DNA of 64,000 nucleotides, taken from contig NMRA01000323.1 of NCBI GenBank assembly GCA_002633005.1, forward strand, positions 330,817-394,816, given 5' to 3'. Under the pieces are notes generated by a model. That model made no database searches and was not told where the DNA came from. It saw only the letters and a list, made by a program, of their open reading frames with translations. This stretch comes from Phoronis australis. Its lineage: Eukaryota > Animalia > Phoronida. The position numbers and the translations under genes are program-made. This document shows, in pieces, positions 41,910 to 55,400 of this stretch (positions are counted from its first letter, which is position 1; each line of letters starts with the position of its first letter).

Positions 41910-43289
41910 TGTTCAATGGTTTGATCATTGGTTCCAAGGTTTGATGAAGTCGTAGAAGGACCACTAGGAGAGAGGAAATCCTGAAATTAAAGCGGGTTCA
42001 AGGAGTTGAAAAAATACAACGTGTGCGTGATACCGACAGACAAGTATCGAGGGAAAAAAGATACTAGTCGGTAGACCAGCTGTCAACAGTACTTATTCAA
42101 TTAGTCTTCGAAAAAAGATGACCTCTAACTCGATCACCAGTTCACTGACTATACAATGTAACATACATGTGAACACAGTTTCGTTTGCTCAACATGATGA
42201 GATATTCGAAACGGTGAACGAAATCACGGAATGCCACACGTGGCCGTAAATTGTCTTGACATACACCCAAATGTCCACTGTTCAGTGGATTGATCCCAAG
42301 ATATACCTAGCAGCTAATTAAGCGCGACGCTCAGAACCTAGCAATGATAGCGTGTAGCATCAGAAACCTGGTGATCACGTGACGTTACTGAAAACCGGCC
42401 GCGGTTGCTTGTTGATCTGAGCTGTATAGCTCATTGTTGAGACCTCAGATATATCTAGTCTATCTGAGTTGAGACCAACGCAGCCTCTCATTCCGCACTC
42501 AATGCCAATACTGACGTCACAGCATGTACATTTTTTTAAGTGGTCCGTTAACTTCAGGTAAAATACCGGGAATGTTCTAAAATTCAAAATTCAAGCTGAG
42601 CAACGGCTTTTTCGTCTATGAGACGAAATAAGAACATGCGATATAACAACGGAGCTGTGTTCAGTGTGCAAAACAAAATGTGTTTCTATATTTAACCCTT
42701 TGCCTGATTCGAAACCAATTATCGAAGTAGACATTTTACTTTCACAGAATCTTAGTCACCAGGTCCGTGCAGTAATAGAATTCTATTTTCGTACAAGAAC
42801 ATTGCAAACACCAGCGAGGCAAGAAAACGATTCAGATTTTATGAGGGTTGACTTAGTTGAATTGTGACAACGTGGACGATGAGCACGGAGTTTTAAAAGT
42901 TATGGTAGCACCATTCACGTGGTCCCCGGTGGTTCTGATATGTCAATGATCAAATTTCAATCTTATCCAGGGCCAAAACTGTTAAAAATACTGGTCTGAG
43001 ATGATACCAATGGATAAGACAAGTGGAGGAATCGTAATTATAATAAGATACGAATAAGCCGATGGATATGAAGAATCCGTTTTAAACAGTACACACCATG
43101 GATTTTTGCACATTTTGAATTACCGGTGGCCACAGGCTAAATGTATGACGTAAAATTTAGCTAAACCCATGTTTATTTTGTGTAATTAGCTCGAAAATTT
43201 GATTTTTTTTTCAATTTTGCCAATTTTCACATTTCCCGCCATGTGACGTCATAGGCTGAACACAAGAGATCAGTGACTAGCATTGAACA

Positions 43290-43860
43290 ATGGCGGAGAC
43301 CAGGGAATTTGAAAGTGACGACGATTATGAGCAAGAATTGAACGAATACTATGAAGAAACGTATGGGAATGGTGGCCAGGATGAGGAAATGGGGTTGCAC
43401 GAAAGCCAGAACAAGTTTAATGTGCTTCCGGCTGCGTACTTTTCTACTTTGAGCCTTATGAACTGGATCCTCCCGCGAGAGAAGCGGCCTCGCGGGCTCG
43501 GCGAGTCAACCCAGTCATCCAACAGACGATCCTGAATTAAGAGCTGATGTTTCTGAATGATAAATATTGTCCTTTATTGAACCAGGCCTTCATCGTAACG
43601 TCTCCTGTGGCTGGAGTCGAAACACGAGTCCTCAAAGTGGGCAGAACACAGAGTGGCCCCGGTCCGAATCGCTTGGTCCACGATGACGTCCTACACTCTC
43701 GTTCGGCGCACGAAGCCATGCCACTTCTGCGCAACTTTGGTGTCCTTCGGAACACCGGGACGTTTTCCCCTTGCTGCTGTTGCTGCAGCCTCCGGAAACA
43801 CATCTTTTGATCCCTCTACGAACCTTCTCGACGCTAAATGTACTTTGCTTTCTCTTCACT
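43290..43860 (+). pseudogene. Decayed ORF, possibly a P2X7-ballast-like (KolX-type) transposon accessory gene
   Basis: Acidic N-terminus, a frameshifted YFxTFEP motif, then fragments RFPLAAVAAA..NTSFDPS. These resemble the RxxLPxCVVxxIRxxFPDP end of P2X7-C-like proteins. Several frameshifts and stops. Confidence 0.3.
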
Positions 43861-44280
43861 CTATACACTTTGTCTCTGATCCGAACGGTATGGCGAACGA
43901 CTTGGGTTCAACCCATGACGTTGTACATAATAATATTTTTTTTCAATTTTTGCGTGTTTCTTTATGAGCTGTGCACTAAAGGCACTGAAATCAAGTAAGA
44001 TATAATAATAAAATTTATTTTGAGGTACTAGAGTCATGTTGTGTACACTTTAAGCCGACTGAGCACCTTGTACTTGCCTTGCTGTCAATCAACGATTGAG
44101 TGATAAACCTAGTTCATATTACTCCCAGCCGGATTAAAAAAGAAAGTTCACGAATCGATCGCGTGACCCTTAGAGGACTGCGATGCCGGGACAAAGCTCA
44201 ACATCACTGGGTCAGTTTACAGAGCAGACAATGAAGCCGATCAATATAAAAAATCGACCTGAATGGATATCCTCGAAATG

Positions 44281-44494
44281 TAGGGTAGAATGGGTTTATT
44301 TGAAAACGTAGAGATAATTGAAAAGTAGGGTAGAATGGATTTCTTCGAAAACGTACACGTTAATAAATTCAAAACTAGGGTAGAATGGGTTTATTTGAAA
44401 ACGTACAGATCATTGAAAAGTAGGGTATAATGGATTTCTTCGAAAATGTACAAGTTAATAAATTCAAAACTAGGGTAGAATGGATTTCTTCGAA
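44281..44494. repeat. Minisatellite with alternating 45/50-bp subunits
   Basis: TAGGGTA(G/T)AATGG starts at 44281, 44326, 44376, 44421 and 44471. Confidence 0.92.
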
Positions 44495-47477
44495 TGCACT
44501 CCCTAATTAGTAAAATGTGTGATAACCTGAAGAAAATGAAAGGGATTTCACCATTTTTATTTTTTGTCATAACTCGGTGTCCATCAAGATGTCGACGATG
44601 ACGATCCTGACGTTGATGATGACGATGACTATAGTGATGATGGTGATTGTGGTGATGGTGATGAATACAATACATACAAGGGCCACACAGCCCCCTTCGC
44701 TTACAGCTCACTGAATTTCATTCATAAAAAATGCCATCTTTTTTCTATTGTAGCCGGAAAAAGCTAATGGTGTAGGCTTTGAAAATTATTTATAGTTACA
44801 GCTAATTCCTTATATTTCCTGTTGGTTATGAACAACAACCAGTTTCAGGTCACAAAGCCGATTAAAAAAGTTCATTTTCGTCAAGAACATGTCATCTGAG
44901 ACGTATAGGCATACATAATGTTCACAGATTACTTACAAATACCCAGTGTTCTTTTGAGTGTGGACAACGAGTGCAGGACCAGAGTGAGACTATGTCTTTA
45001 GCAATTCGTCGTGCATCCCTGCTTCTCACAAAATTCGTAGAAATCACGTGTCTTTTGTTACTCGATCGACGAACACGGGGGGGCACATTTTAATACGCGC
45101 GAAAGATCCATAAATCCGCCTGTAGACCATGTGCGGCGTAGCACTGAAAAACGTGGGGGCTGTAGCCCCCCCCCCCAGCACCATATGGTGCGGCGCCCAT
45201 GATTAGGTGCCTTTTTCTCGGAAATCTCGACATATTCCTTCAACTTGTATTTTAGTGCGTCAGCAGTTAGACATGTGTGAGTGCTCAGCAGTATGCATAA
45301 CAAGTTTTATTTAATTGGCTTTCATTGTACAACTTTGGCTCATAATTGTGCACGACAAAAGGACAACTGGTGCAAGATTCAACAAGTTTTCAAAATACTC
45401 CCACAGTTTCAGTGGTTTACTTTTCAACTTCAGTGAGCCTTCACATGCATAGGTGCAATGTAAATATTCACAATCATTTGTTCATTTTACGCTGTAGTCT
45501 TGTCATAGAAAAGTTGAATTGTTGAAAGGAGGCAACGCATGGATGGAAGTTCAAAATCAGATAATGTCCAAACTGTTTGGACTCGTAATCTTACTGTAAG
45601 GACTGACAGCCAGTATCGGGTCGCGTCTTTCTCGGAATAGTGCGAACAATACCGCCATCTATTGACAGATGTCATCAACATTGACGCCTCACAAACTTGT
45701 GAATGCCAACGGATTTTTACCATTTTATGCTATTGAACTCAGACCCTGCCAGTCACTCGCCTTTGTTCAACGAAGTGAATGCATTATCGCTATGCGGGCC
45801 TTTTCTTGAACCATTTACGTCAATAATACTGTTCCAGGAATAGTAAATACATTCCACGGGATAACCAGAGATCTGTATTTTAGTGAAGGTAAAAAAATGG
45901 CCATGTGTGCGTCCAGTCCAGTTACTTTTTGTCCCCTTAACGATTTTTGCCCAGTTTCCTATTACCTTTTCACTCGGCTTGTGCCGTTTTTTACAGGTCT
46001 CTGGGGCTACGTGAAAGAATCAACAAAACTGTCGGGATTACGGCTTCACAAGATTTTGCGACTGTCACTGGACTTTGTAATGAACTGGTGATTCAGAACA
46101 GACACCATTCGCCACTTATGGGCTTTCGTTTTCTCATTTGTAGCTTCACTTTTCAACTAAATTGCAAATTCGACTGCGAATAAGTTGAAATATTTTAAAT
46201 CGCGCAAACATACTACGGGCGATCGCTCAAAGGACAGCAAACAAAGAAGCGTTAAATCATTGCTTTCTATCAAAAAACAACTTTTTATTTAGGCCACTTG
46301 CCGTAACGGTTATGAAAGAGGTCTGGAATTGTTTCCCAGTCAAAACAGATGGGCTTGAAAAGAGTAGACAATTCTTTTTGGACCGGAAAACCCATAAAAT
46401 GCGATCGTAGCCCAACACTCTGCTGATGAGCTATACCCCACGCGATATAATGTAACTGGTGTGCAGTCAACGCCCTTGATTTTAGCAGATTTCTGCCAGA
46501 CAATGACGATAATAGGCAATTTAAAATAAAACCAAAAATAAAATAAAATAAAATCGAAATACTGAGTTCACACTTGAACTTATGGCTTTATATTAAGGTC
46601 TGGGGGATCGGGTGAAAAATAGGATTACACGGTCATCCCGAGAAACAGGATATACTCGAGTACACAATAAAAGACACTTATCTAGAGTCCATAATAAAGT
46701 AGAACAAAAAATGTTGAAAGTAACTCCGAGTTTGAAAGCGGCTGCAGGCCAACTAACTTCTAAATGTCCACCTCTTCCTGATAATATGCGATATTAATCA
46801 ACAAAATGCGTTTATCGGCTGCAAAATCGTTCAATTCCCTTTAATCGAACTACGCCATTAAACTGGAAGCATTTTGCTTTTCAGTAAATAAACATAATTG
46901 TAAAATCAATTCTATTCATTGATTGTTTAACCACGGTGCCACGTTAAGAAGCCCAAGAGCATTGTTTTAGGCACACGCTCTGAATTAATTCGTACGCGCT
47001 AAATCTATTCTTTCATGAAATTTTCAGTGTAGCGCTGTTGAGTGAATTCGGAAGGTTGCAGTTACTCATCCAATACTATCACTACTGGTTCAAACTTCTC
47101 AACATAACCCCTCACAGTAATTCAAGGTCAGATTGTGACAACGTGTACAGTAATTTCACGCTGGTATTCTCTAAATTAGACATCCTCATTTAGACTTCAG
47201 TATATTGTCAAATTACGGACAGTCAACGAAGTTTCTTTAAATCAAGTTAGGCGGGCAGAGTTTGCCGACTCCTGGTTCAAATGAGTCGCTTGTTTTAAAG
47301 CACTGTATTTATTACACATGCTTGGAGAACTGAAACACAAAGCTTTGCAACTGATGAACGCCCACAGGTTATAAGATTCAATTTTAACCCCCAACAGCAT
47401 TTTTCTCTCTTATCCACCATTAAATTAACATTGACAACAAGACAGTTCATTCAAAACAGAGCATTATAGCCCTTCAT

Positions 47478-47716
47478 CATCCGTGGTGCGTAGCACTAGT
47501 CGTAGGCGATATTCGTTTTAAGAAGAAATACTCGATTGAGCTCGTCTGGTTTCCAAACACCACAACAGGGTTGGTGATCATAGACTTAATTGCCGATCCT
47601 AAATAACCTGCTGCAACCCCAGCAACTGTGGCTTTGACATGCGATACAGGTCATATGCATGCAGACGTCATATTTCTCAATTGGGTTAAGGCATTGAGGA
47701 CAGTGTTGGCGATCCT
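47478..47716 (-). pseudogene. Degenerate duplicate of the RING2/C-terminus of paralog A
   Basis: EDRQHCPQCLNPIEKYDVCMHMTCIACQSHSCWGCSRLFRIGN*VYDHQP..WKPDELNRVFL. Flanked by ~140-bp direct repeats (47330-47467 and 47717-47860). Confidence 0.8.
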
Positions 47717-48422
47717 CTGAAACACAAAGCTTTGCAACTGATAAACGCTTGCAGGTTATAGGATTCAACACCAACAGCAGTTTTCCCCCTTATCCACCAA
47801 AAAATTAACATTGACAACAAACGATCAATCTCAAGACAGTTCATTCAAAACAGAGCATTACAGATCTCTGCAGCACCTTCCTCAAAATAAGCACTCGCAA
47901 TCAGGGTTGAACCGGTAAAAATCAACAGAGGCATCATAACGTTAACATTTCAAGTCTGCTCTGCACGCCACCAGTTGGCTACAAGCACCATTACTACCTT
48001 TCAAGAGAAAGCTCACGACGATCTAATTCGCATACCACAGCAACATTTCCAAACGAAACAAGATAAGTCTACGTTCTAAATTTCGATATTCAAAACTGTT
48101 AAATTCCAAACGCGAATGCATTAGACACGGATTACATCAATCCAAGCAGGATATGTGTAACCTAGTAACCGTCTTGGCATAAAAAACTCTTTGTGTAGCG
48201 GGCAGGTTTCTTCCTCTCACAGTATTTGCAAATTCTGTTAAACAAACAACAGTCTACCTTTCATTCTTCGCACAAAAGCAACTCGACCACTAGTACAGTG
48301 TATTTATGTAAACTCCAGATTACTGAAAACTTCTTGTTTATAACAGAAAGAACAAGGTATGAAAAGAAGTCCGTGATTTCACACACAATACCCTTTGTGA
48401 TCCGTGGTGCATCGAACTAGTC

Positions 48423-49406
48423 TTAGGTGATGTTCGTTCTCATTAAAAATACATGATTGAGCTCGTCTGGTTTCCAAACACGGCAACAAAATGGCTGGTG
48501 ATCACAGTATTCGTCTGCAGTCCTGAATAGCTTGCCGCAACGCCAGCAAATGTGGCTTTTACATCCGGCACAGGTCATATGTGAGCAGCCACCATCTTTC
48601 TCAATTGGGGTGCGGCATCGAGGACAGTCTCGGCGATTCTCTGCATCCGCCTCCATCCAACGCTTCAACTCACTGTCTCCTCCGGTTTTCTTATACAGCC
48701 TATACTGCTCGCAAGTCATATCTACGTGATACGGCTCGTGACACGAGGAACACACGGTGCTTTGGCAACATTCGCAGGTGAACTTGTCTGCACTCTGTGA
48801 AATTTTGTAGACATTTGGGCAGTCGGCTGTTGGACAACAATGGTACTTGGTTCGTTCGCGCTGTACAAGAGCCGAAACGGCCGCTTCTTTGACCTTCTTC
48901 ATCAAACCTGGCTGTAGCTTCTCGAACGTGGACAAATCACGACGAACGAGGGGTTTCGTGCATTCTTCTTTCGCACAGACAATGGGAAATGCCTTGGTTT
49001 CTACAGCATTCTCCAACATGTTCAGACCACATTCCTTACAATAAGGATGACCGCAGTATTCAAGGCGCTGTAAGTCATCTTTCTCAATAGGAGACCAGCA
49101 GACGACGCAATCGATTGAAAGTTCACCGGCTACTGGGCTTTGTGACATATCCGAGGCCACTTGTTTTATGACGGACACCACCTTTCCCTTGCTCTCGTCG
49201 GACCCATAGACTCGCAAAGAGCGCAACCTCATTATCAACTCAACTTGTTCTGCGTCACACTCCGTCTTCAGTGTCTCGAAGTCAACACCATACCGCCTAA
49301 CAAGTTCTTTCAATAGGCCGCGAGGCATTTCGTCAGAACACAGCAGTATGTCACGGTACTCGTGTGAAGCGTAGGTAGAGAGAAACTCGTTGATATCCAG
49401 CTTCAC
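48423..49406 (-). CDS. Intact KH-like + RBR terminal exon of paralog A
   Basis: Acceptor ttacattgcag; 327 codons to TAA; complete Cys/His pattern. Confidence 0.92.
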   Translation of the reverse strand: MKLDINEFLSTYASHEYRDILLCSDEMPRGLLKELVRRYGVDFETLKTECDAEQVELIMRLRSLRVYGSDESKGKVVSVIKQVASDMSQSPVAGELSIDCVVCWSPIEKDDLQRLEYCGHPYCKECGLNMLENAVETKAFPIVCAKEECTKPLVRRDLSTFEKLQPGLMKKVKEAAVSALVQRERTKYHCCPTADCPNVYKISQSADKFTCECCQSTVCSSCHEPYHVDMTCEQYRLYKKTGGDSELKRWMEADAENRRDCPRCRTPIEKDGGCSHMTCAGCKSHICWRCGKLFRTADEYCDHQPFCCRVWKPDELNHVFLMRTNIT

Positions 49407-52400
49407 CTGCAATGTAACAAAAACAAGTCAAACATAATATGGCATTCCACCAATAGGATGAATCGTGCATCTTTAAGTCCACGTGTAGTCCTATGATAAA
49501 CAGGCACTTGAAAGCTAAAATCTTTCTGTTTTGTCGCCAAGATGTTAGAATTCCAAACAACAAGGTTGCGTGAATACGTTTGTTGAAATATCATGAATTG
49601 ATTCCGTTTCGTTCGACGTCACACGATGAGAGATGGGAAAAGGTACAGGTAAAACGTGAATGTGCCTGCATTACAAATAAGGAAGATAAACGGACTATCC
49701 CGTGAGCCGCAAAAATTGTCACGAAACCACAGAATCTGAACTAGTCTTACACCATGAAACATGAGGCATGTTTCCACTACGTGATAAATGAGTGGCAAGG
49801 GTGCGATTGCAGTCCTTGATTTTGAACATGCAGTTGTCCTACCACTGGTGTAGCATGTCGCCAGTGGAAAAAGCCCCCGTCATCGTGTTCCAACTATTCG
49901 CCCCCGTCTCTCATTGGTAAGTGTATGAGCATAACCACATGTCTTAACTTTTACCTAATAGAAACTGAGACACTTAATTGAATTTCAAATACATGTATCC
50001 CTGGAGTAAACGAAACCCCATTTTCACTCGTTTCCGTGGATATTACTTTGGTATGCTATGCATAAAAAACACAAGTTAATAGGGTAAGCATTGCGCATAC
50101 CAAGAGCATAAAATTGCCATATCCTGGAAACTTTAAGGATTTGACTTGAAAATTCCAACACACTGAAAATTGATTGCCAACTGTACCGTATTTTAACAAC
50201 ACACGACGCTTTTGTAACTGATGTTAGAAACAAATTTGCTTACCTCGCTCTTAACTTTTTCACTCCCATAAATGACGACAGTCATGTTCCTTACGTCATT
50301 CACAATGTAAGTTCTCTTGGAAGACATCAGTTTCTTGAACAAAGCCCGGGCTGGTTTACCAAAAAGCCTTTTCAGCAAATCGTTCCTCCAACACTCTATG
50401 ACATCACCCTCAACAACTGTCTGTAACATTAGTTTGGTTTTCTGTACACTGCAAACGTCTGCGCCCTCTATGTGCACTCTATAACGACTTCCGCCGTGGG
50501 TTTGCTTCCAGTTCATGACCATGCGAAACTTTTCCTCCACTTGTGTTCTTGCGGACTCTATTTCAGGCTGCAGGACGTTAAACACATTTGCTGCAACAAA
50601 TATACTGGCGGACAATTTGGGTTTTGCGTGAACTAGTTCCCCGTCAATAGCAGACATTTTGTCAATGAAGTTGATAGCCCTGAGACCTTCGTCAACGTCG
50701 TTAAAGTTTACGAAAACACGGTATTCAATATGACCTGGTCGCGGTAGGTTGCCGGTAACTTCGTATCCCGAAGGAGCGAAAGGTCTTATTAGCAGGCTAA
50801 GTTCCTGCTTCTTTTCATCAAAAGATTCTTTTGTTGTGTCGAAACTCTTTACCCGATTAAGACGTAGAATGCCTGTTACGCCATAATTCCTTAACCACGA
50901 TTGAAAGTCATCTTCCGTGGAGTCTTTTGCAACGCCAGAGATGTATAGTTCGTTCTCGTTTTTCTTTGCCGGTGAAATTTTAACTACCCTGCCACGAATG
51001 AATGTACTTCTAGGTAATCTACTTGATGCTTCATAGCGATCTTCAAGGCTGTCAAATTGGACGAAACCTATTCCTGAGAGCGGGCGACGACACCATGTAA
51101 ATAAAACATCAAACTTTTGAGGGTCTACAAGAGGTCTTGCAGGCTTCAATATTTGTTTTCTCGCTTCCACAAGTTTACCTTCACTCTCTTTAACTGCTCT
51201 ATCGGCGGCGTCCGGTTCACAGAACACAACCTTTCCCCAAGTGGAATTTGCCTTTTTACCATGAAATTTCACAACTTCCTCAACTTCTCCAAATCGTGAA
51301 AATATAGAGTTCATCTCATCTATAGTGTAATCGGAAGATGTACTGATCATCAAGGTTTTGTGTTCTTCCGACGTCAGAATATAGCGACACTCACCTCCTA
51401 AACCAATAACTGCTCTCGTCTGTTTAACATTGTCATCTAGAGACATTTCAAAACTTTCCATAGTTAACTTCTGCCGTTCAGGTACAAAAATATCGTCAAC
51501 AAGGCTTTTTGCCATGACATGATGACAGCTGGAGATGAACAATTTCACGTAGCCTCCTGCATCACCAGGTTCCGTCTCAACAGCTACCATGGATGAACCA
51601 CTTTTCTCTTGGAGTTTACGTTCCAGTTCTTTGAGTGACCTGTATGCAGGACCTCTCAGAACTCTCATAAGATGAGGTCCGGTATCTGACATCACAACGG
51701 GGTCGATTTTCCTGGCTTTCATTTCTTCTATGTCGAAATGAACACCGTTTTTCTTAGCGTATTCCTCAACCCACTCCTCTCTGACAGGAGTCACGTTAAG
51801 AGCAAAGTCCCTCGATGTCTTCAGCAGTTGCTCGTAAACCATCCACTCGGGCTGGATGCCCTCTGTTCTTAAGCAGGATGATGGGTGAATGTGCACGCAC
51901 TGGTGCAGACGAGCTATGTTATAACCGATTCGTTCATTTCCGCTGAACATGCATAAATTGGCTGCATAACTATTAAATATTAGTTTGGCCAATGCCTCCC
52001 CGCGGTTCTCGGACTCTGAGAAAACTTGATCCAAGTTGACCCCAACCTCACGCCTGAGGGTCTGGTTCATTTCTTTAATGGTCTCGGCAGCAATGCGCAT
52101 TGACTTTGCATTAATACAGTTTTTGACACACCATTTTGTTTTCTCGTTTGCTGGAATCACACACCACTCACGGTAGACGTTCAGTAATGACAATAGGTCG
52201 CCATTTTTGTCACCAAATTGCGCCTTCAGTACGTCTGCTTTGTTCTTTTCCTCATCAGTACCAAATCCTCGGAAGTATACACTTCCTGCAACAGTTGAAA
52301 ACGACGCAATGACAAGAGCTTCAAAGCCGACACCATGCTCAATTCCTTCAAACACCATACGAGCAAGTCTCGGTTCCAGCGGCAGTTTAACCATCTTTTC

Positions 52401-55400
52401 GCCGAGTTCCGTGATTTTTCCGTCTCGCACAGCTCCAAGGTGCTGCAAATTTTTCTCCGCCTCGTGAAGGGAATCAATAGGGGGAGATTCCACAAACTGA
52501 AAAGAAAGAGGATCGTCTATTCCAAGCTCATACAGAGATAGCAGTGCTTGCCCAAGGTGCACTCGTAATATTTCAGGCGGTGAACTCGTCTTCATTTCTT
52601 TGAAAGTGCGCTCCGTGTAAAGCCTGAAACATTTTCCAGGCTCTGTTCGCCCAGCTCGACCTTTCCGTTGTTCAGCAGAACTTTGATTTATCAGAACTAC
52701 GTCCAGAGAACTCATATTTCTTTTTGCATCATACGTTTTCTCCTTCACGTAGCCAGTGTCGACGACATACTTAATACCTGGAATGGTAATTGACGTTTCT
52801 GCACTGTTAGTGGCAAAAACGACTTTTCTTCGGCCCGATTCTAAAGTTGCAAACACTTTTTTCTGATCATCTGGCTGCAGTTTTCCATGGAGGGGTAAAC
52901 AAACTAATCGCCCTGTATCTGCAAGACTTGACAACTGTTTCTGCAGAAGGTCGCACGCTTTCTCAGTCTCTTGAGGCGAGGTCAGAAAGACCAACACGTC
53001 CCCAGGTGGTTCTGTCTCGCAAATGTGCTTCGTTTTTTTCACAGCCTCTGGAACATAATCACTCACAGGTTCTTCATCTTGCCATATAACTTCTACTGGA
53101 AATGTTCTTCCCGGAACTTTCACCACAGGTGACTCGAATGGAAAATAATTAACGAAAACTTCTGGATTGATGGTAGCTGATGTGATGACCACTTTTAAAT
53201 CTTGTCGCAACTGTAGACACTTTTTGACCATTCCTAACAAAAGATCCGTAAAAATACTACGTTCGTGAGCTTCATCAATGATGATGCAAGAAAAGGCAGA
53301 CAGTAACCTGTCTCTCATACACTCATTGAGCAACGAATGGTCAGTCATATAAATGATTTTCGTGCTCTGACTTCTCTTGCTCTTCATACCTGCTTTGTAT
53401 CCAACTTCTTGCCCCACAATACCATCCATTTCACTGGCCACGTGTTCGGCTAAACTCACAGCGGCTACCTTGCGTGGCTGGGTGCACACTATCATCTTGT
53501 TGGCCGCAAAACCCTCTTCAAACAAATATTGTGCCATTTGAGTGCTCTTGCCCGATCCGGTTTCAGCCATGACAATTGTAGCACGGTGATTTCTTATAGT
53601 ATCTATGATGGTGCTTCTTTCTGCATACATGGGTAAGGCAACTGACAGCTTGCGGCGCTCTCCCGCAAACCGTCTTCTGAGCAGTTTAAGCTCATCAGTT
53701 TCGTCATTTTGATGACCACGCAGGCACGCAAATAACTTGTCAGTCGTTTTCAGGTACTCCATTCGTTGTCGTTCCATCTCCGTCTTCTTACTTTCTAAGG
53801 CTTTGCGACTTTCAAAATCTTCAAACGTCTCCCCATTTATTTGACTGGCATTGTTAACAACGATGCTTATTTTTGCATCATGCTTACGTAAACTATCCTC
53901 CTTTAACTGCTTCCATTTTCTTTCGACAGTTTCACGTAAGTTTATTTCCGTCCTGCGTAGCTCCGCATTCATCTTTGGAAACCTGTCCCCATTTACGTCG
54001 TTGAGAACTTCACACACACGGCTATAGCTACGAAGCACTACTTCCGCTGTTACACCATCCGCAATGTCCCATGTTCGCGTGACCTGAATATCTTCTCCCA
54101 AGTAGTTCCTCAAATAGTGTTCAATTTTTTCACTGTTACGACTGACTTTCTCGTGTATTTCAATCAAGATAAAATTTCCCCTTGCTTGGTCTTCTTCATG
54201 TTTTTGCTTCAGGGCTCCACAGCTGTTTTTCTTCCCTTTTTCCGTTATATTGCGCTGCTGCTTTTGCCGCACACCAGTTTTTGTACGCCCAGAGGAGGGA
54301 ACATCTTCAGCATTTGCGGAAATGGTAGTTATTTCATGTCCATACTGTTTGCAAGCAGAATTCGTGGCCAACCCTTCACGGCACTTCTTAACTAGATCTT
54401 TACTGGCGCGCCTTCTATTGGTCGACATGGCATTATCAGGATGCTTGTTTTCCATTTCCTTCGCGTGCATTTTCTTTGTGCTGACTGGCTTGGAAGAATT
54501 ACTAGAGCTTTGTTTGCTGCGTTCATTTTGGGAGATTTTCATTTTGTCATCCCAAGTATTCGTGAGGTCGTCTTTCGTTTTTGGAGACCGATGTCCTTTC
54601 TCAGAATGAAAAGCAGCGTCAGCAGCTATATCGTATGAAAATAGCGTACTTCGAAATATCATAGTCGGTATTGAGGATTGAGTCTGGTCCTTCATGCCGC
54701 CACCATCAGCATTTGTGTCCGCAACTGAAGCTGAGTTTGCCCCAGCACTATCGTGAATCCAGCCATCTTTACTTCTGCCTTCGCCAGTAATTTCACTAGT
54801 GTTGTTGGCTTCAGCTCGGCTGTTTTGATTATAACTATGAAACACTGAAGCAAAGGGGGAATCGATGGGACAAACGTTTCTGACACACTCTCCCCCGAGC
54901 ACAGTCGTGGTGGTGACTTGGTTGTTCAATATATTTAGTACATCATTACTGGGTTTCGGTCGTCTGTCTCTACTTCCACGAGTCCCGAGATTACGTAAAG
55001 CCTGAAAATATCAGTAACAGTCACGTGATTTTGGTTTGTTCAAAAAGCACAATTGTTTCTGCATTAGGCCCCCACACATTTGGAGACCTGCCCTCACCCA
55101 CTAAATAAAAACGCCCTGGCAACCGCATCAATATCAGCCAACGTCTGGTGTTGCACAAAGGCATTTAACAAACGGCCATCAAGGTTAGGAACGCCATGCT
55201 TTGACAAGTGATGAGTAAAAAATAAATTCCGCACCGTTTTGCTCTTCTTGATGAATTTTCATTTTTGAAAAAAATGAGCAACTAAAAATAGCGCTCCACG
55301 GATTCCATTTTCAACAACATCTTACTTTTTGTCCTTATTGGTCTTATATTTTCCGGAAACAGCAACTTAATGACATCATTTCACCTTATCTGTGAACATT

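Noticed and set aside
44281-44494. CRISPR-like repeat/spacer appearance
   Set aside because: The 'spacers' are themselves repeated, the context is eukaryotic and there are no cas genes; it is a minisatellite.
45300-46700. Possible decayed hAT transposase (IAWGIAH, TRYWLS fragments)
   Set aside because: Motif spacing is inconsistent and no TIRs were found; too weak without a profile search.
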